DNA of 63,423 nucleotides, filler included. It is 6 parts of 6 records of this genome, joined end to end, with 100 filler letters (N's around TTAATTAATTAA, not from the genome) between each part and the next. Parts side by side here need not be neighbours in the genome. Positions count along the whole stretch, not along the records: positions 17,752 to 25,420 come from SRR31147125_1278; positions 25,521 to 43,988 come from SRR31147125_1292; 4 more parts are not named here. The stretch is one strand, 5' to 3'. The position numbers were made by a program, and so were the translations under genes. The notes below the pieces were generated by a model. It had not been told where the DNA came from. It ran no database searches and was given only the letters and a program-made list of their open reading frames with translations. Position 1 is the first letter of the stretch. Every line of letters begins with the position of its first letter. This document shows positions 20,192 to 30,851 of this stretch, piece by piece.

Positions 20192-21229
20192 TTAGCTAAA
20201 AACATCTAAATTTACATTCTTCTGAATTAGTGAAGAAAGTAAATCAATTTTAGTATCTGACTCTTTTGTAAGAAGTGGTTCTAAGTCATCAATCTGTTTA
20301 GCAACTTTGAATGTATCCGATGAAACTAAAAGTAGAGGAATGTTTAGCTCTGATGCCTTTGAAATAATATTTGGAGGTGGCAAAATATTGTTTGTCAAAA
20401 TAATCGCAGAACTATTTGTCTCTAACGCAGCAACAATCATATCACTTCTATCACCAGCAGTGATGACCAACTTATTCTCTTCCTTAACAAAATACGGCTC
20501 TTTCATAACTGAGCTTGCTGACATAGCACCAACAAAAACTCTGTTGATTGTTTTATTTAGACCTTCTTCACCGGCAATAACTTTTGTAAAGAGAATGTCT
20601 GCCAAATAGCCAACCGTGAAACGATCTAATTCTTCTTCATAAGGAATGACACCTAGAACATTTATTCCCATATCAGTTATATAGCTTTGATATGTATTTT
20701 TGAAATCTTCAACATCGTGAACCTTATTAACGATAATACCTGCCAACTCCACACCTGCATGATCCACACAATTTTTTATAAAGATTGAGTGATCAACTAT
20801 TGAGTCTTCATTACCACTAACAACGAGGACCAGCTTTCCATCAACATTTTTCGCAACAGAGAGAACATCTAAGTTGGTGGAAATCCCAAAAGAGAGATTC
20901 TTAGGACCTTCAACAAATAAAACATCCTTCTCTTTTCCGGTATGCTCAACAACTTCAACCAATTTTTTCTTTATGCCAGCTTCATCGTACATATATCTGA
21001 GTTTTGCGTGCTCAAAACCGATACTCATATCTTCTGGCCTTTCCTGCAAACCCAAAACATTTGAAACTAAAGCCGAATCATAATCCCAAAGACGCTTTTT
21101 TCTATAGAGAAGGCGATCGCCAAAAGGTTTCATATAACCAATCGATTTTCCCAAAGCCTTAGACAGGCCAACTATTACGCTTGTTTTTCCAGCACCCTTA
21201 CTTATGGAACCAATTACTACCTTTTTCAT
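20192..21229 (-). CDS. Phosphotransacetylase N-terminal-like protein (AAA_26 + DRTGG), no PTA catalytic domain
   Basis: GAGKTS P-loop, GYMKPFG, FVEG and LVITAGDRSD. Confidence 0.85.
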   Translation of the reverse strand: MKKVVIGSISKGAGKTSVIVGLSKALGKSIGYMKPFGDRLLYRKKRLWDYDSALVSNVLGLQERPEDMSIGFEHAKLRYMYDEAGIKKKLVEVVEHTGKEKDVLFVEGPKNLSFGISTNLDVLSVAKNVDGKLVLVVSGNEDSIVDHSIFIKNCVDHAGVELAGIIVNKVHDVEDFKNTYQSYITDMGINVLGVIPYEEELDRFTVGYLADILFTKVIAGEEGLNKTINRVFVGAMSASSVMKEPYFVKEENKLVITAGDRSDMIVAALETNSSAIILTNNILPPPNIISKASELNIPLLLVSSDTFKVAKQIDDLEPLLTKESDTKIDLLSSLIQKNVNLDVFS

Positions 21230-23355
21230 TTTGCCTCCTCATGCTTTGAAAGCAATATCCTAACGTCAACTGCTTTAACGCCTTCGCCATGGTCATAGAC
21301 GACTAGTGGATTAATTTCAATATCAGATATATCGTCAAATTCTTTTAGAATTGTACCAACTTTTATAATTGCATCTGCTGCAGAATCGATATCTTTTCGT
21401 TTTTCACCTCTCACACCCAAAAGGAGAGGATACGATCTTATATCACTAATCATACCCAGAGCTTCTCCTCTTGAAAGAGGGAAAGCTCTAAACGAAACGT
21501 CTTTCATAACTTCAACATAGATACCGCCCAAACCAAACATCACCGTTGGACCGAAAGAAGCATCCCTTCTTGCGCCGACAATTGTTTCGACATTTGATTT
21601 AATCATCTCATTAATTTCGATGCCTTCAATAACGGCATCTTCATTATATTTACGACAATTATGAATGATCGACTCATACGCATCAATAACTTCTTCTTTA
21701 TTATCCAAACCAAGAACAACACCACCGGCATCACTCTTATGAATAATGTCTTTAGAAACAACCTTCATAACAACTGGATAACCAATTTCTTCAGCATACT
21801 TAACGGCTTCGCCTATATTTTTTGAAATCAGACTCTTTGGAATTGTTATATCAACAGCTCTCATAAATTCTTGAGCCTCGTGAGAGAGCAAGAAATTACG
21901 GTGATCAGCTCTAACCTGTTTAATAATCTTGGATATCTTTCCCTTATCGATTTTTGCTTCCGCTGGCTTACTCAAAGGAGTCTTTATATTATTGTATTGC
22001 TGATAAAGAGCACCTAGACAAGAGACAGCTTGATAGACATCGGGAAAAACAGGAACACCCTCTTTCCTTAAAGAGGTCACACACTCCTCAACCTCTTCAC
22101 CTCCAAAGATCGAAAAGACAACAGGCTTCTTACCCTTGTAATCTTTAAATCGATCTCTCATTGTATCAGCAAAATTATTTGCATTAAAAACAGCTGTTTC
22201 ACAACCAAGACATATAACAGAATCGATATCTGGATGCTCCAAGGCCGCCATCAACGATTTATTATAATCTTCTGCGGTTGCCGTTCCGGTGATATCAACT
22301 GGATTCTTAGCAGAACCAAAAGCAGGCATAACGCCCGTAAAAGCCTCTTTCAATTTTGGAAGATCGTCATAGAGTTCAACACCGTACTTTTCACAAGCAT
22401 CTGCAGCCAAAACACCAATTCCACCGCCGTTAGTTACAATAACAGTATTTTTACCCTTTGGAATATCTGTCTCTGCAAAAAGCTTACACCAATCAAGAGC
22501 TTCCTGAATACTTTCAGCACGAAGAACACCGCACTGCTTTACAATGTTATCAAAAACTTCATCAGCACCCGCTAAAGAACCAGTATGGGATGCCGCCGCC
22601 ATAGCACCACGCTTTGAACGACCTGATTTAATAACAACAACTGGTTTCTTCCTTGTTGCATCTTTTAAAAGGCCAACAAGCTTATCACCATCTCTAACGC
22701 CTTCGATATACATCAAGATAATCTTTGTCTCATCATGCTCAGTCAAATATTTAAAAAGATCGGCCTCATCAATATCAGATTTATTACCAACCGAAACGAT
22801 TGAAGAGAGACCTATTCCTTCCGCCTTTGTCTTTCCAATCATCGCAATTCCTATTGCTCCACTCTGCGTAACAATAGCAACATTACCAGGCATAATATCT
22901 TTTGGACCAAAAGTGGCATTCATCTTTGCGGTTGATGAATAGACACCAAAAATATTTGGACCCAAAACACGCATTCCGTGACTTCGAGCAAACTTAACAA
23001 TCTCTTTCTCTTCTTTGGTATTCCCAACCTCTGAAAAACCAGAAGTGATAATCACAAGATTCTTAACCTTCTTCTCTGCACACTTCTTAACTTCGTCAAA
23101 GACAAACTTTGCAGGAATTGTCATAATAGCCATATCGATTTCCTTTTCAGGAATATCTACTATGGAGGTTGACATTTTCAGTCCAAGAACCTCTCCACCT
23201 TTTGGATTTACTGGATAGATCTTGCCCTCGTATCCACTACTCATGATATTATCTATTATGATATGGCCAATTTTGCCGGCCTGGTGTGAAGCACCAATCA
23301 CAGCAATCGATCTTGGCTCAAATAGATATTTAATATCGTTTTTCTCTTTCATCAT
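21226..23355 (-). CDS. ADP-forming acetate/acyl-CoA ligase (ACD alpha-beta fusion)
   Basis: PRSIAVIGAS, GMRVLGPN, catalytic ASHTGSLAG, NPVDITG and ATP-grasp GYPVVMKV...HKSDAGGV...IEINPL. Confidence 0.92.
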   Translation of the reverse strand: MMKEKNDIKYLFEPRSIAVIGASHQAGKIGHIIIDNIMSSGYEGKIYPVNPKGGEVLGLKMSTSIVDIPEKEIDMAIMTIPAKFVFDEVKKCAEKKVKNLVIITSGFSEVGNTKEEKEIVKFARSHGMRVLGPNIFGVYSSTAKMNATFGPKDIMPGNVAIVTQSGAIGIAMIGKTKAEGIGLSSIVSVGNKSDIDEADLFKYLTEHDETKIILMYIEGVRDGDKLVGLLKDATRKKPVVVIKSGRSKRGAMAAASHTGSLAGADEVFDNIVKQCGVLRAESIQEALDWCKLFAETDIPKGKNTVIVTNGGGIGVLAADACEKYGVELYDDLPKLKEAFTGVMPAFGSAKNPVDITGTATAEDYNKSLMAALEHPDIDSVICLGCETAVFNANNFADTMRDRFKDYKGKKPVVFSIFGGEEVEECVTSLRKEGVPVFPDVYQAVSCLGALYQQYNNIKTPLSKPAEAKIDKGKISKIIKQVRADHRNFLLSHEAQEFMRAVDITIPKSLISKNIGEAVKYAEEIGYPVVMKVVSKDIIHKSDAGGVVLGLDNKEEVIDAYESIIHNCRKYNEDAVIEGIEINEMIKSNVETIVGARRDASFGPTVMFGLGGIYVEVMKDVSFRAFPLSRGEALGMISDIRSYPLLLGVRGEKRKDIDSAADAIIKVGTILKEFDDISDIEINPLVVYDHGEGVKAVDVRILLSKHEEAK

Positions 23356-23370
23356 TCATTACCCCTATCA

Positions 23371-25287
23371 CTAGTCTCTAAACATCATTCTTAATTCGTA
23401 AACGCCCTCTTCTCCTCTTCGATCAATATCAAAACCCATCTTCTCAAAAAGATGAAGCATAGCTCTATTGTCCATCAAAACTTCCGCTGTAAAGCCAAGT
23501 AGACCTTGTTTCCTAGCTAGAAAAGTCAAATAGCTTAACAACTCGAAACCAATACCTTTGTTGTGATATTTATCGCGAACGGCAAAGGCAACTTCCGCAT
23601 TATGAGTACTTTCATTAATGCCGTACTGCCCAATCCCGACAATCTCCTCTTTTTTCTTCCCCTGTTTAACAGCCAATATAAGCATTTCTTTTGTGTAGTC
23701 GATAACAACAAAATCTTGCAGACGTTCATGCGGCATATCTTTTCTCTCTGAAATAAAACGTCTATACAAACTCTTATCGGACAAGGAGTAGAAAAAATCT
23801 TTTACAATTGGCTCATCGCTAAACTTAACCGGTCTAAAGAAGATTTCAAAACCTGTTGACGTTGTCCTGTACGACTCAAGATTTTCAGGATATTCACCGC
23901 GCTTACCAGGAACAAAAGCCTGATCTTTATATATCAGGTTTCTCGCTTTGGCCTCTTTGATTAACATCGGTCTAAATTTTGGGTGAGCAATCGCTATCAA
24001 CTCCATTGCGCGTTCACGCAAGTTCTTTCCGTGGAGATACGCAATACCATATTCAGTAACGACATAGTGAACGTCGCCTCTATGCAACGTGAGACCCGAA
24101 CCTTCAGGTAGCGCAGGAACAATCCTCGAAATCGATTCATCTTCACCGGCAGTCGACTGCAATGTCAAAATAGTCTTTCCATGTTTGGCAAGTTTTGCAC
24201 CCCTCATGAAATCAGCTTGGCCACCAACACTACTATAGAGAACCTTTCCGAGCGTCTCGGCTGAAGCTTGACCTGTCAAATCTATTTCAAGAGCACTATT
24301 GATCGCTGTCATATTGTCGTTGAGTGCAATAATTCTTGGGTTGTTTGTGTAGTCAATCGGCTTAAACTCGATCATCGGATTATCATCTAAGAATTCATAG
24401 GTCTCCTTGCTTCCCATACAAAAAGAGGCAACGGCTTTTCCACGATGAAGAACTTTTTTAGAATTATCAACGACACCCTCTTTTATTAAATTCACTAAAC
24501 CGTCTGAGATAAGCTCTGTATGAACTCCCAAGTTGCTCTTACCCATTAAATTTTTTAAAACGGCATTTGGAATACTTCCATAACCAACCTGAATGGTATC
24601 ACCATCTTGAACTAGTTTTGCAACATAACGACCAATCTTCTCTGCAATTTCATCATCTCCACCTGCATCATATGTCAAGAGAGGTTCGTTATATGGAATG
24701 ACATAATCGACATCTTTAATATGGATAAAGCTATCACCGTGAACCCTAGGCATTTCAGAATTGATCTGAACAATAACAGTTTTGGCTTTTTCCGCAGCGG
24801 CCTTCACAATATCAACACTTACACCAAGACTCATAAAGCCGTGTTCGTCTGGTGCTGAAGTTTGTATTAGAGCAATATCAATCGGAACAAGTTCCTTATA
24901 AAAGATATCTGGGACTTCGGACAAAAAAATCGGAGTGTAGTCAGCATTTCCTTCATTCACAGCATCTCTTGTATTGTTACCAATAAAGAACGAATTATGT
25001 CTGAAGTTTGATTTGAACTTTTCATCTGTATATGGAGCCAAGTCTAGTGTCCAAACCTGCAAGACCTCTGTATCAAAAAAAGCCTTTGGATGAGACTGAA
25101 CATATTTAATAAGAGAATTTACCAAATATTGAGGTTCACCACAGCCAGTGTGAATAAAGATACGATCACCCCTGTGGATATTCTTGAATATCTTTGATTC
25201 CTTCGCAAACTTTTCCGGATAGAGAGCCTTGATGTCATCAAGACTTCTCAATTTACAAGCTTGGACTAATTCCATGCTGTTCTCCAA
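23371..25287 (-). CDS. Acetyl-CoA hydrolase/transferase fused to a C-terminal GNAT acetyltransferase
   Basis: GCGEPQ, TIQVGYGSIP, LGVHTE, EIDLTGQ, GGQADF and YVVTEYGIA, followed by GNAT AEVAFAVRDKYHNKGIG...NRAMLHLFEKMGF. Confidence 0.9.
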   Translation of the reverse strand: MENSMELVQACKLRSLDDIKALYPEKFAKESKIFKNIHRGDRIFIHTGCGEPQYLVNSLIKYVQSHPKAFFDTEVLQVWTLDLAPYTDEKFKSNFRHNSFFIGNNTRDAVNEGNADYTPIFLSEVPDIFYKELVPIDIALIQTSAPDEHGFMSLGVSVDIVKAAAEKAKTVIVQINSEMPRVHGDSFIHIKDVDYVIPYNEPLLTYDAGGDDEIAEKIGRYVAKLVQDGDTIQVGYGSIPNAVLKNLMGKSNLGVHTELISDGLVNLIKEGVVDNSKKVLHRGKAVASFCMGSKETYEFLDDNPMIEFKPIDYTNNPRIIALNDNMTAINSALEIDLTGQASAETLGKVLYSSVGGQADFMRGAKLAKHGKTILTLQSTAGEDESISRIVPALPEGSGLTLHRGDVHYVVTEYGIAYLHGKNLRERAMELIAIAHPKFRPMLIKEAKARNLIYKDQAFVPGKRGEYPENLESYRTTSTGFEIFFRPVKFSDEPIVKDFFYSLSDKSLYRRFISERKDMPHERLQDFVVIDYTKEMLILAVKQGKKKEEIVGIGQYGINESTHNAEVAFAVRDKYHNKGIGFELLSYLTFLARKQGLLGFTAEVLMDNRAMLHLFEKMGFDIDRRGEEGVYELRMMFRD

Positions 25288-25420
25288 TTTGTTAGGTGAT
25301 AATCATTCTCAATAAGATCGGTTTATCACCCATCTACTAGATAATCTAGAGCAATTAGACAAGCATTATTTATCAAAAAATATGAAATTTTAAGGGTGAC
25401 GGAGCAAAAAAGGCCTTTTT

Positions 25421-25520
25421 NNNNNNNNNNNNNNNNNNNNNNNNNNNNNNNNNNNNNNNNNNNNTTAATTAATTAANNNNNNNNNNNNNNNNNNNNNNNN
25501 NNNNNNNNNNNNNNNNNNNN
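25421..25520. other. Artificial contig spacer
   Basis: N44-TTAATTAATTAA-N44. Confidence 0.98.
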
Positions 25521-25521
25521 A

Positions 25522-25866
25522 AAATCATATTCACCATACTCTAACTTTAAAGTTGGTGCATGTATTGAAGGTGATAACGGTAAGCTATATTCAGGCTGTA
25601 ATGTAGAAAGTGTGGCCTATACACCTACTATCTGTGCAGAAAGAAACGCAATTGGTTTGGCGGTTATGGATGGCTGTACATCCTTTAAGAAGGTTGCTAT
25701 TGCTTGCAGCGGAGAGGGGTTTGCATGGCCTTGCGGAGTGTGCAGACAGATTTTGACCGAGTTTGGACTTGATATGATAGTGATAGTTGTAGATAAAGCA
25801 GGTAATACAAAAAGCAGAGTGCTAAAAGACTTATTACCTGAAGCATTTACATCCTATAGTGAATAG
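25522..25866 (+). CDS. cdd: Cytidine deaminase (homotetrameric type), 5'-truncated
   Basis: SYSPYSNFKVGA, GCNVE, ICAER and PCGVCRQ. Lies upstream of era. Confidence 0.93.
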   Translation, partial: KSYSPYSNFKVGACIEGDNGKLYSGCNVESVAYTPTICAERNAIGLAVMDGCTSFKKVAIACSGEGFAWPCGVCRQILTEFGLDMIVIVVDKAGNTKSRVLKDLLPEAFTSYSE

Positions 25867-25992
25867 ATTTTAAAACAGAGTTATAAAGGAATTTTTAGTA
25901 ATACAAAAACTGACATGACTCACATTGATGAAATAAACAGAAAGAATTAATATGCTTATACAAATTATTAGTAAAGTAATTAAGGACAGTTA

Positions 25993-26883
25993 ATGAATAA
26001 ATTTAAATCAGGATTTATAGCTATAATCGGACGCTCAAATGTAGGCAAATCTACGTTAATGAACGAAATAATAGGTGACAAGGTTGCAATAGTATCAGAT
26101 AAACCACAGACTACACGCAATCAAATAAAAGGAATATTTACAACAAAGAATTACCAGATGGTATTTTTGGATACACCAGGTTTGCATTTGCCTAAAAATA
26201 AATTAGGCAAATATATGATTAAAGCAGCAACTGATTCTCTGGAAGAAGTTGATGTTGTAATAGTTGTAGTGGATGCAAGTGAATATATAGGTGCTGGAGA
26301 CATGTCAGCTATTGAAAAGTTAGAAAACGTTAATACTCCTGCTATCTTGATTTTAAATAAAATAGATAAAGTTGAAAAGACGGATTTGCTTACCATAATA
26401 GATAGATTTAAAGATAATAAAAATATAAACAATATCATTCCAATCTCTGCTTTAAAAGGAGATGGGATAGAAGAGTTAGTTGACGTATTGCAAAGCTATC
26501 TGCCAGAAGGACCTAAATTTTTCCCCGATGATATGGTAACAGATAGACCAGAAAGGTTTATTGTTAGAGAGATTATTAGAGAAAAGACATTATTAAATAT
26601 ACGGGAAGAAATTCCGCATGGTGTAGGTATAGAAATACTTAAGATAGAACAAATAAGAGATAACTTAATGGAGATACATGCAAATATAGTCTGTGAAAAA
26701 CAATCTCACAAGCCTATAATCATAGGCAAACAAGGCAGTATGATAAAGAAATTAGGTACAGAAGCAAGAAGAGAAATAGAAAAACTATTTGCATGTAAGG
26801 TGAATTTGCAGCTGTGGGTAAGGATAAAACCATTGTGGAGAGATAATATTTCTTTAATGAAAGATTATGGATATGACAAATGA
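25993..26883 (+). CDS. era: GTPase Era
   Basis: GRSNVGKST, DTPG, NKID and KH domain IIIGKQGSMIK. Confidence 0.97.
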   Translation: MNKFKSGFIAIIGRSNVGKSTLMNEIIGDKVAIVSDKPQTTRNQIKGIFTTKNYQMVFLDTPGLHLPKNKLGKYMIKAATDSLEEVDVVIVVVDASEYIGAGDMSAIEKLENVNTPAILILNKIDKVEKTDLLTIIDRFKDNKNINNIIPISALKGDGIEELVDVLQSYLPEGPKFFPDDMVTDRPERFIVREIIREKTLLNIREEIPHGVGIEILKIEQIRDNLMEIHANIVCEKQSHKPIIIGKQGSMIKKLGTEARREIEKLFACKVNLQLWVRIKPLWRDNISLMKDYGYDK

Positions 26884-27622
26884 TCAAAAAATCCAAGGAA
26901 TAGTAATTAGGCTTGCAAATTATAAAGATTATCATAAGATGTTAACTATATTTACTCCAAAGTATGGGATGATACCAGTTTTATCACCGGGGAGTAAAAG
27001 ACCAAAATCACCGCTGCGTGCTGGCAGTGAAATGTTTGTATTTGGGAATTATATTATAAAGACTAAAGGAGAGAGGAAGACATTAAGTGATGTTGAAATA
27101 ATTGATGCATTTTATGATTTGCGTATGGACATTGAAGGATTGTCTTGTGCTTATTATCTAAGAGACTTTTGTGAATTCGTATCTCAGACAAATGAAGATA
27201 GTCCTGAAATATTTTCGTTATTTATTAAATGCCTAACTTATATGTGTCATACAGAAATTGATATTAAACTAGTACGATATGCATTCGAAATTAAAATTAT
27301 GGAGATATTAGGATTGAAAGTGGTATTAGATAGGTGTATAGAATGCTCTGGAGAATTGACTAAGGAATTTTTTAATATACAATGGGGAGGTGTTGTCTGT
27401 GACAACTGTAAGGACAAACATTTCTCTACTATACGGGTATCTCCCCAAGCTATAAATACACTTAAGTTGATAGATGAGCTTCCTATGGATAAATTATCTG
27501 TAATAAAGATAGATGACAAAGTTAAAGAGGAAATAGATAGTTTCTGGTCTCAATATTTAAGATGGCATTTGGATAAAAAGTTCAGAGCTGCTGACTTTAT
27601 GGATAAGAGCAGAAACTTTTAA
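26867..27622 (+). CDS. recO: DNA repair protein RecO
   Basis: N-terminal OB fold, CIEC...GGVVCDNC zinc finger and era-recO synteny. The start may be 26873. Confidence 0.92.
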   Translation: MDMTNDQKIQGIVIRLANYKDYHKMLTIFTPKYGMIPVLSPGSKRPKSPLRAGSEMFVFGNYIIKTKGERKTLSDVEIIDAFYDLRMDIEGLSCAYYLRDFCEFVSQTNEDSPEIFSLFIKCLTYMCHTEIDIKLVRYAFEIKIMEILGLKVVLDRCIECSGELTKEFFNIQWGGVVCDNCKDKHFSTIRVSPQAINTLKLIDELPMDKLSVIKIDDKVKEEIDSFWSQYLRWHLDKKFRAADFMDKSRNF

Positions 27623-27644
27623 TAAATAAGAATAGAGGTAACAT

Positions 27645-28526
27645 ATGTATTCCATGACAGGGTTTGGCCGTTCATCCATGGAGATAGACAGACGTAAAGT
27701 AACGATAGAGTTAAAATCGGTTAATCATAGATATTTAGATATTAATATGAGACTTCACAGAAGTGTCTCTTTTGTGGAAGATACTATAAGAGGACTTTTA
27801 AAAGATAACGTAAAAAGAGGTCATATTGATGTATACCTTTATTATGAAAATTTACAGGAAGATGCAAAAGAAGTAGAGGTTGATATTAACCTCGTAAAAT
27901 CATATTATGAAGCAGCTGAAAAGATAAAAGAAGTAATAGAAAACAAAGAACCAATATCAGTTGTTGATATTGCAAAAATGCCAGATGTTTTAAATGTGCA
28001 GGCAAAAGAAGATGATGAAGATGCTATTGTTGACCTAATAAGTCAAGCAATGCTGGAAGCTATTGAAGGCTTACTTAAAATGCGTAAACAGGAAGGCGAA
28101 AAGCAAAAGGAGGACTTTTTTAATAAGATTGATCAACTAGAAGTATCTCTTGATAGTATTAAAGGACTCGCACCGACTGTTGTAGATGAGTATAGAACTA
28201 AATTAACAGCAAGAATAAGTGAATTATTAAATGGAACCAATGTTGAAATTGACCAAAACAGATTGAGTGCAGAAATTGCATTATTTGCTGATAAAAGTTC
28301 AATAGATGAAGAAATAACAAGACTAACAAGTCACTTACAGTTAGTAAGAGCAACTTTAGATAAGGACGAGCCTATAGGCAGGCAATTAGATTTTGTAGTA
28401 CAGGAAATAAACAGAGAAGTAAATACCATTTGTTCAAAATCCAGTAATACTCAAATCACTAATAATGCACTTGAAATGAAAAACACAGTAGAAAAAATCA
28501 GAGAGCAAGTACAGAACATCCAATAA
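27645..28526 (+). CDS. yicC: YicC/YloC endoribonuclease
   Basis: SMTGFG, KSVNHRYLD, EEITRL, GRQLDF, QEINREVNT and EKIREQVQNI. Confidence 0.95.
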   Translation: MYSMTGFGRSSMEIDRRKVTIELKSVNHRYLDINMRLHRSVSFVEDTIRGLLKDNVKRGHIDVYLYYENLQEDAKEVEVDINLVKSYYEAAEKIKEVIENKEPISVVDIAKMPDVLNVQAKEDDEDAIVDLISQAMLEAIEGLLKMRKQEGEKQKEDFFNKIDQLEVSLDSIKGLAPTVVDEYRTKLTARISELLNGTNVEIDQNRLSAEIALFADKSSIDEEITRLTSHLQLVRATLDKDEPIGRQLDFVVQEINREVNTICSKSSNTQITNNALEMKNTVEKIREQVQNIQ

Positions 28527-28655
28527 AGGATTTAACTCGATAAATAGACAGAATAAAAGTATTGAAGGTTCATTTTCAATGAAATTGAGCGAACAAAAAT
28601 CATAAGGTACTTACAGAGTACTTTTGATAATATAGTATTGTATCAGGAGATAAAG

Positions 28656-29264
28656 ATGAATAAAGAAAACGTTTTAATAGTAGTTGGTATGCCTTCTGGA
28701 GTAGGCAAAGGCACGGTGTGTGCAAGGCTATTTGACGAGATAGATTCATTAGATTTTTCAGTTTCAGCTACTACTAGGAACCCTAGAGAAGGGGAGATAG
28801 ACGGAGTAAACTATTTTTTTGTATCTAGTGATAAATTTGATAAGATGATTAAAGAAGATGAATTTTTAGAATACGCAAATGTATTTGATAATAAATATGG
28901 AACTCCGAAAGAATATGTGTTTAATAAGCTAGAAACAGGTAAAGATGTATTACTTGAAATTGACGTGCAGGGTGCAGTGATGGTTATGGAGTCTTGCCCA
29001 AGTGCAGTTTTTATATTTATACTTCCCCCATCAATTGAAGAGTTGAAAAACAGATTAATTAACAGGGGAACAGAAGGAGAAGAACAGCTATTATTGCGAC
29101 TAAGCAAGGCGAAAGAAGAAATTAAGTATGCTGAAAGATTTGACTATGTTGTTGTTAATGAATCTATTGATATAGCAGCAAGTGAGATAAAGAGCATCAT
29201 AAAGGCAGAAAAATGCAAAAAGGACAGAAATATGGAAGTTATAGTTAAATTAATTCAATCATAA
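28656..29264 (+). CDS. gmk: Guanylate kinase
   Basis: PSGVGKGT, SATTRNPREGE, YGTP and LEIDVQG, with RBS AGGAG. Confidence 0.96.
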   Translation: MNKENVLIVVGMPSGVGKGTVCARLFDEIDSLDFSVSATTRNPREGEIDGVNYFFVSSDKFDKMIKEDEFLEYANVFDNKYGTPKEYVFNKLETGKDVLLEIDVQGAVMVMESCPSAVFIFILPPSIEELKNRLINRGTEGEEQLLLRLSKAKEEIKYAERFDYVVVNESIDIAASEIKSIIKAEKCKKDRNMEVIVKLIQS

Positions 29265-29342
29265 TATTTAGATTATTACATAGCTTTTATTTATTGTAAG
29301 TTTCTGATATAATGTAGGTGTTAGATAGATACAGGAGTGGAT

Positions 29343-30695
29343 ATGAGAAAAAAGAAGAATAATCCTGAAGTTTATATGGTAGATGTTTTCTATGAAAAGA
29401 ATCAAAGAAGATCAAAGCCACAAAATAATAATGATAATAGAAAAAAAGCGAGATACTTTGGAACTATATTTAAATTAGTACTAATTATTGCAGTGCTTAT
29501 TGCTATAGTAGCCTTTTTACCCGCCAGATTAATTAAGCCGACTCAAAGTGTATCGTCAGACAACGTGCTTATTAAGAATGCACCTGATGCTAATCCTGTG
29601 GAGGATGATGGGTCTATTCCTGATGAAGCAATTTGGCGTGAGAATGTAAGCCCTGTTGATATAGAAGATAAAATATATTTAGTATGGGATGACCCTAGCA
29701 GTAGAAACTGGACACTTACCGAGATGCCGCCCAACGTTAATGTTTTGGCTCCAGTCTGGTTTAAGCTGGGCATGACTGACGACGAAACAGGTGTAGATAT
29801 AGCTAATGCTGATATATCTACATCAGCTTTTAGCTATGTTGAAACCTGCCATGAGAATGGTGTACAGGTCTGGGGTACTGTTCAATGCATTAATTATGAT
29901 TTGTCAGAGATTATTATGACAAATACAGCTGAACAGCAAAAAGTAATTGATCAAATCCTATTATGGATAACTTCATATGACCTTGACGGCATAAATATTG
30001 ACTTTGAAAACATGAATAATGAACATAAACAATTGTTTAATAATTTCTGTGCGAATTTAAAAAATGCTATGCCTGAGGGCAAGCCATTGTCTGCATGTGT
30101 AACAGTTAAGCTGGTTTCGAAAAATGCTGATTCTAATCCGTGGCAAGCATATGACAGGGGTGGACTTGCAGAGGCGGTAGATTACATTACTGTTATGACA
30201 TATGACGAGCATAAAGCTTCAACAAAAAAGCCTGTTGCCAGTATAGATTGGGTTGATTTACACATTAGAAGATTACTAGAGGAAATCCCGTCAGAAAAAT
30301 TGATTATGGGTATTCCGTTTTATGGAGTTGACTATAGAGCACAAGTAGTAGATGCACAAACGTTAAGTGTTAATCCTATTTGGGAAGACAGCGGACATAC
30401 AACAACTATTTTCCAACTTAATTCACTATTAGAGACTGGTCAATACAATTACAAAGGTACTGATATTATTTTGGACTATTGGATAAATAAAGGCGGCTGG
30501 GATGCTGACCTTGGAATATCCGACTATTCTTTTGTTGATACAGCTGGTATACAGCACACAATATGGATAGACGATGAGAATTCAATTTATCAGAAAGCAA
30601 GACTTGCAAATGATTATAATCTTGCTGGTGTTGCAGTATGGAAGAAAAACTTAGGTACAGAATCCATGTTTGAAGCTATTGCAAGAGCAAATTAA
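29343..30695 (+). CDS. Membrane-anchored GH18 glycosyl hydrolase
   Basis: N-terminal TM helix, LAPVWF, catalytic LDGINIDFE, VMTYDEH, MGIPFYG and LAGVAVW. Confidence 0.9.
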   Translation: MRKKKNNPEVYMVDVFYEKNQRRSKPQNNNDNRKKARYFGTIFKLVLIIAVLIAIVAFLPARLIKPTQSVSSDNVLIKNAPDANPVEDDGSIPDEAIWRENVSPVDIEDKIYLVWDDPSSRNWTLTEMPPNVNVLAPVWFKLGMTDDETGVDIANADISTSAFSYVETCHENGVQVWGTVQCINYDLSEIIMTNTAEQQKVIDQILLWITSYDLDGINIDFENMNNEHKQLFNNFCANLKNAMPEGKPLSACVTVKLVSKNADSNPWQAYDRGGLAEAVDYITVMTYDEHKASTKKPVASIDWVDLHIRRLLEEIPSEKLIMGIPFYGVDYRAQVVDAQTLSVNPIWEDSGHTTTIFQLNSLLETGQYNYKGTDIILDYWINKGGWDADLGISDYSFVDTAGIQHTIWIDDENSIYQKARLANDYNLAGVAVWKKNLGTESMFEAIARAN

Positions 30696-30851
30696 TATAA
30701 TCTTTAGCAAATGTGTCAACCATGTTAACAGAAATTAAAATTATTGCGAAATATTAGATTTATTGATAAAATAATGTTAATATATAATTGCTATTGTATG
30801 TATATATGGAAATATTTGTATACGCTATAGTAGTTGATAGGGGTAGGCGTT

